From Candidatus Micrarchaeota archaeon (GTDB taxonomy: Archaea; B1Sed10-29; JAJRYS01), in contig CAZBZN010000012.1 of assembly GCA_964496415.1 (NCBI GenBank), forward strand, positions 1 to 19,574: 19,574 nt of DNA. Direction: 5' to 3'. Numbering within the stretch: position 1 is the first letter of the stretch; every line of letters begins with the position of its first letter. Made by a program: the position numbers and the translations under genes. Below the pieces are notes generated by a model. The model saw nothing but the letters and a program-made list of their open reading frames with translations. It searched no databases and had not been told where the DNA came from. Shown here one piece after another: positions 15,710 to 19,574 of this stretch.

Positions 15710-16866
15710 GCACTCTCACCCTCTGGACTAACACACTTAAGAATGTTAATTAAGTCCTGTTTCTCCTCTGAGAAAACCTCTCTGAACACGCTTAAATCTT
15801 TTGTTTCCTTAGCCTTCTGCAAAGCTTCTTCTAAATCACTGAAGTCATAAACAATCCCACATTCTTCAGCCCTCTGTTTAATCCTTGCTAATACCTTTTC
15901 AGCCTTGTCAAGCACTTTCTCCTTTGCAGCCTCAGAAATCAAAGACCCGTGAAGCTTCCTGAACTCAATGAACTTTGAAGTTATCTCCTTGTGCACTGCA
16001 AGAACCTCGCTCCTGTTCATTGAATCATAAGCTGCTGACAAGTCATCCCTTAAGCCAATTATTTCATCAAGCTTTGCCCTTAGCTCACTGACATTATAAC
16101 CTCTTTCCTCTAAAACATTAACTGTCTTGTTAGCCATTTCAACTCTCTTATCAAACACCTTCAAAGCAACTTCTTTCAAATGAGCCCACACAGTTTCTCT
16201 CATGCTTCCAGTTTCGTTTTCAACCTCTGCAAGCACTTGTTCTTCATCAAAATCAGGAATCAACTCTTGAGCTTTTTCCCTGAACTCCTGAAGGATTGCT
16301 TTCAGTTCCTGAAGCACTTCATGCTTGTCAGAAGCATTCTGCAGCTCTAAGTACTTTTCTTCAAACTCACTCTTCAACTGCTCCAATTCTGAAGTGTTAA
16401 CTCCTTGATCCATTGCTAGTTCGATAACCTTGTCCATGTATTTTGTCCTCTTCTCAAAAGCATACTCATACTTGTAAAGCTCAGCTTGCTTAAACCTGTA
16501 CTTTATCAAGTCCTTCTTCTGCAGTTTCTTCAAAACTTTTTCTTTTAATTCTTCAACCTTAGTAAGCACTACTGCTTTTACTTCAACCCCAATTTTCTTA
16601 GCTATCTCTGAAATCCTTTCACCTGAAAAATTACTCTGCTGAATCTCCTGTTTTATCTCCTCAACAGTCTTATTAGTAATGTTCTTCACTATCTCGCCTA
16701 TCGAAGTCTTAGGTTTAATTTCATAACTCACTGCATGATAATTATTTAATTCCTCAGGAAGCCCTGACTCTACTGAACTCACTAAGTCACTGTCAACACC
16801 AATCTTCTCAGCGAACACGAACCCACTGAACAACAACAGCAACAGCACAAAAACTGCCTTACTCAC
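15706..16866 (-). CDS. Exported alpha-helical repeat protein, hypothetical
   Basis: Sec signal peptide (K-AVFVLLLLLFSGFVFA) followed by Glu/Lys-rich helices. SD GAGGTGA supports GTG 16866. Confidence 0.75.
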   Translation of the reverse strand: MSKAVFVLLLLLFSGFVFAEKIGVDSDLVSSVESGLPEELNNYHAVSYEIKPKTSIGEIVKNITNKTVEEIKQEIQQSNFSGERISEIAKKIGVEVKAVVLTKVEELKEKVLKKLQKKDLIKYRFKQAELYKYEYAFEKRTKYMDKVIELAMDQGVNTSELEQLKSEFEEKYLELQNASDKHEVLQELKAILQEFREKAQELIPDFDEEQVLAEVENETGSMRETVWAHLKEVALKVFDKRVEMANKTVNVLEERGYNVSELRAKLDEIIGLRDDLSAAYDSMNRSEVLAVHKEITSKFIEFRKLHGSLISEAAKEKVLDKAEKVLARIKQRAEECGIVYDFSDLEEALQKAKETKDLSVFREVFSEEKQDLINILKCVSPEGESA

Positions 16867-16879
16867 AAAACTCACCTCA

Positions 16880-17776
16880 CTATATATTAACGCCCCTAAG
16901 CCTTTTAATCCTTTCCTCTAACGGAGGATGTGTAGAAAACAAGTTAGAAACAAAACCCCTTCTCTTTAATGGATTAGAAAAAAACAAAGGAGCAACAGCC
17001 CTATTAACCTCAACGCTGTCAACAACAACATCCTTTCCTTTTTTCTCATCCTCCAAAATTTTCTCCAAAGCACTCGCAAGACCTTCAGGATAACGAGTCA
17101 GCAAAGCGCCATTAGCATCAGCTAAAAACTCTCTTTGCCTTGACAAAGCAAAATGCATTAAATAAGCAGCTAAAGGAGCAAGCAAAGAAAAAACAACAGC
17201 AACTAATAACAATAAGCCATTATCACTGTCATGATCCCCATAAAAAGCAAGCCTTCTTAAAAAATCACTAAGCATTATAGTTACTCCAATCAAAGTAACT
17301 GTCAAAAGCATGAATAACACATCATAATTTTTAATATGGCTTATTTCATGAGCGATAACCCCCTCCAATTCAAGCCTGTCAAGCTTTTCCAAAGCACCAG
17401 TAGTCACAGCAACCGAAGCATTAGCAGGATTCCTTCCAGTAGCAAAAGCATTAATAGCATCATCCTTGATAACAAAAACCTTGGGAGTAGGAATCCCAGC
17501 AGCAATAGCAAGCCCTTCAACAGTATTAATCAAATAAAGCTCTTTAGGATTCCTTGGATTAGCAGGCCTTGCCCCAACAACCTTCAAAATAAGCTTGTCA
17601 CCGTTATAATACTGAAGCAAAAAGAAAAACAAAGAAAAAACCAAACCAAAAACCAGACCAGTCAAAGGAGTTGAAAAAAGAACACCTAAAAAATAACCAA
17701 GCAATGCAACTAACAAAAAGAAAAAAGCAACAATGATAAAAGAGTTCCTTTTGTTAGCAGCAATCTGGTCATACAT
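16880..17776 (-). CDS. htpX: HtpX-family (M48) membrane zinc metalloprotease
   Basis: NAFATG, VAVTTG, ELEGVIAHEISH (HExxH), SRQREFLAD, LASALEKI, LFSTHPP..ERI. Confidence 0.93.
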   Translation of the reverse strand: MYDQIAANKRNSFIIVAFFFLLVALLGYFLGVLFSTPLTGLVFGLVFSLFFFLLQYYNGDKLILKVVGARPANPRNPKELYLINTVEGLAIAAGIPTPKVFVIKDDAINAFATGRNPANASVAVTTGALEKLDRLELEGVIAHEISHIKNYDVLFMLLTVTLIGVTIMLSDFLRRLAFYGDHDSDNGLLLLVAVVFSLLAPLAAYLMHFALSRQREFLADANGALLTRYPEGLASALEKILEDEKKGKDVVVDSVEVNRAVAPLFFSNPLKRRGFVSNLFSTHPPLEERIKRLRGVNI

Positions 17777-17785
17777 CAGCTCTCA

Positions 17786-18334
17786 CTAAAACTTCACTTT
17801 CACAGGTTGTTTTTCCTCTTCAGAAGCTGCAAAATACTCTCTTTCCTTAAACCCGAACAACTTAGCAATCAAACTATAAGGAAACTGTTGAATCCGAGCA
17901 TTATAGTTAAGCACGCTGTCATTGTAAAACTGTCTTGCGTAAGCTATCTTTGATTCAATGCCTGAAATCTCCTCCTGAAGCAGTTTAAAGTTCTCAGAAG
18001 CCCTTAAGTTAGGATAATTCTCTGCAACAGCAAACAAAGACTTCAAAGCATCAGTAAGCATGTTCTCTGCTTTCACTCTCTCCTTCAAAGAAGAAGCCTT
18101 CATCACAGCAGTCCTAGCCTTGGTGACGTTTTCAAAAACACTCCTCTCATGCTTAGCATATCCCTTGACAACCTCAACAAGATTAGGCACTAAATCATGC
18201 CTTTTCTTTAACTGAACGTCAATCTGAGCCCAAGCATTATCAACCCTGTTCCTCAAAACCACTAAAGAGTTGTAGATTAATATGAAGGATATTACTATTA
18301 CAAAGATTACCCCAACTAAAATCAACAGTAACAT
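17786..18334 (-). CDS. lemA: LemA family protein
   Basis: [55 protein letters not shown] supports ATG 18334. Confidence 0.95.
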   Translation of the reverse strand: MLLLILVGVIFVIVISFILIYNSLVVLRNRVDNAWAQIDVQLKKRHDLVPNLVEVVKGYAKHERSVFENVTKARTAVMKASSLKERVKAENMLTDALKSLFAVAENYPNLRASENFKLLQEEISGIESKIAYARQFYNDSVLNYNARIQQFPYSLIAKLFGFKEREYFAASEEEKQPVKVKF

Positions 18335-18391
18335 TACAGACACCTCTTAAATAAATGCTTAAAATAAAAAACACAGCAAAGATTTAAAAAA

Positions 18392-19573
18392 CTAACTACT
18401 AAAACGTGAAAAAGAAAAAGCATGATTATCAAACAAAAAAACAGCAAATGCCAAAATGAAAACAACTAAAACTTCTGGAAAACTAAAACCAGAAGCACCC
18501 ACTACAATTAAATTAGTAGAAACCTCTTCAACAGATTTAGTAAAAAACCCATAAACTTCCTCAATAACAGGAGTAGAACTACCATTACCAACCAAATAAA
18601 CCTTAACCTTAAAATCAGTCCCAGCAGTACTATCAAAACCATTATCAAAATCACTACTCGTCAAAGTAACGCTTGTCCCACTAGCAATATTTTCGTCATA
18701 AGTAGACAAAACACTTCCATTAGCATCCAAAATTTCAACCCTATCAATATAATGATTGACATCAACACCGAAATAAACTAAAGTCAAATTAGCTAACTTA
18801 TAACCAACAGGCACACTCAAAGAGCCAGAAGCCCATGTCGCAGTAGTATTCACATATTGTAATCCTTGATTATATAATGTTTGGATTTCCTCTTGTGAAA
18901 GCGAACGATTATAAATCTTAACCTCATCAATGGAACCATTAAAATATCTGATTGTACTTCCTCTATACCTTCCTATTTCAAGAGTAATAGGAGTGTTATT
19001 CATACCCTCATAAGTTCCAGCAGTGTATTCTGTTGAACCATCAACATTAACCCCATTAAAGTAAATATGAAGCCCTGAATCCGATTTGCTTCCATCATAA
19101 GTCACCGTAATCATAGTCCACTCACCATTATTAGGATAACCTGAAGAAAACCTGCCAATCTTATTACTACTATCAGTATACAACCCTACACCAATTGCAG
19201 AATATTTCTCTGCAGCCCACACCAGCCACTCAAAATAATCAGGGTAAAAATACCTGCCTATAAGCCCCCCGCCCGTGTTACTCCAGTTATCACTTTTAGC
19301 CCAAAACACTACCGAGAAAGGCTTGTCAGTGCCATTGCCATAAGTGAATGAAAAATCATCACTATCAGACACGTTTATGAAGTCATCTACTCCATCAAAA
19401 TCATAAGCTCCACCAAACTTCCCGCTTGAATTATAAGTAGCTCCGTTAACACTGCCATTATGCCTTCCAGTTTCATCGTCAGCGTCTCCTTCAAAACGCC
19501 AGTAAGCAATCAAATTATCGTCTTTTTCAGCATAAGGAAAATCAACCTCTAACGTTCCATCTGAAATGTTGTA
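18392..19573 (-). CDS. LamG/concanavalin-like domain surface protein with C-terminal membrane anchor; partial, the frame stays open to the right edge
   Basis: LIAYWRFE...G..GGAYDFDG.DD.I...W.....TYDG...Y.NG...FNGSIDEVKIYNRSLS..EI is a LamG-3 signature; C-terminal VLVVFILAFAVFLF. No stop upstream of 19513 in this frame. Confidence 0.88.
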   Translation of the reverse strand, partial: YNISDGTLEVDFPYAEKDDNLIAYWRFEGDADDETGRHNGSVNGATYNSSGKFGGAYDFDGVDDFINVSDSDDFSFTYGNGTDKPFSVVFWAKSDNWSNTGGGLIGRYFYPDYFEWLVWAAEKYSAIGVGLYTDSSNKIGRFSSGYPNNGEWTMITVTYDGSKSDSGLHIYFNGVNVDGSTEYTAGTYEGMNNTPITLEIGRYRGSTIRYFNGSIDEVKIYNRSLSQEEIQTLYNQGLQYVNTTATWASGSLSVPVGYKLANLTLVYFGVDVNHYIDRVEILDANGSVLSTYDENIASGTSVTLTSSDFDNGFDSTAGTDFKVKVYLVGNGSSTPVIEEVYGFFTKSVEEVSTNLIVVGASGFSFPEVLVVFILAFAVFLFDNHAFSFSRFSS

Positions 19574-19574
19574 C

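Noticed and set aside
717..17674. Remaining short overlapping ORFs in the track (e.g. 717-1049, 2072-2374, 5050-5352, 8349-8717, 9560-9955, 12901-13254, 17336-17674)
   Set aside because: Antisense or alternate-frame shadows of well-supported genes, with no recognisable motifs.
18392..19513. ORF-track start at 19513 for the LamG gene
   Set aside because: The frame is open to the window edge, so the true start lies outside the window.

Overview
AT-rich archaeal chromosomal window with GGTGA/GAGGTG Shine-Dalgarno sites and TATA boxes. Gene style, separate PriS/PriL and a multi-intron tRNA suggest a DPANN archaeon, probably Micrarchaeota/Iainarchaeota-like (inference). Left to right: the 5' end of an S-layer gene with a hairpin leader; a wHTH-fusion protein; BofA-like and small membrane proteins; AmmeMemoRadiSam radical SAM, V4R and MFS genes; a tRNA-His(GUG) with two introns (37/38 and T-loop 59/60) directly upstream of hisS; a class III signal peptide surface protein; a glycine N-methyltransferase-like enzyme; an intein-split EndoQ; the priL-priS-gins-rpl44e-rps27e-aIF2a-nop10-PAC2 cluster; lemA-htpX with two exported proteins; and a partial LamG surface protein. 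The S-layer gene, nop10, rps27e and the tRNA are missing from the supplied ORF track. Most notable are the intein at the EndoQ active site, the double-intron tRNA-His next to hisS, the ExD primase motif and the GNMT-like methyltransferase. All family calls come from motif recognition; no searches were run.
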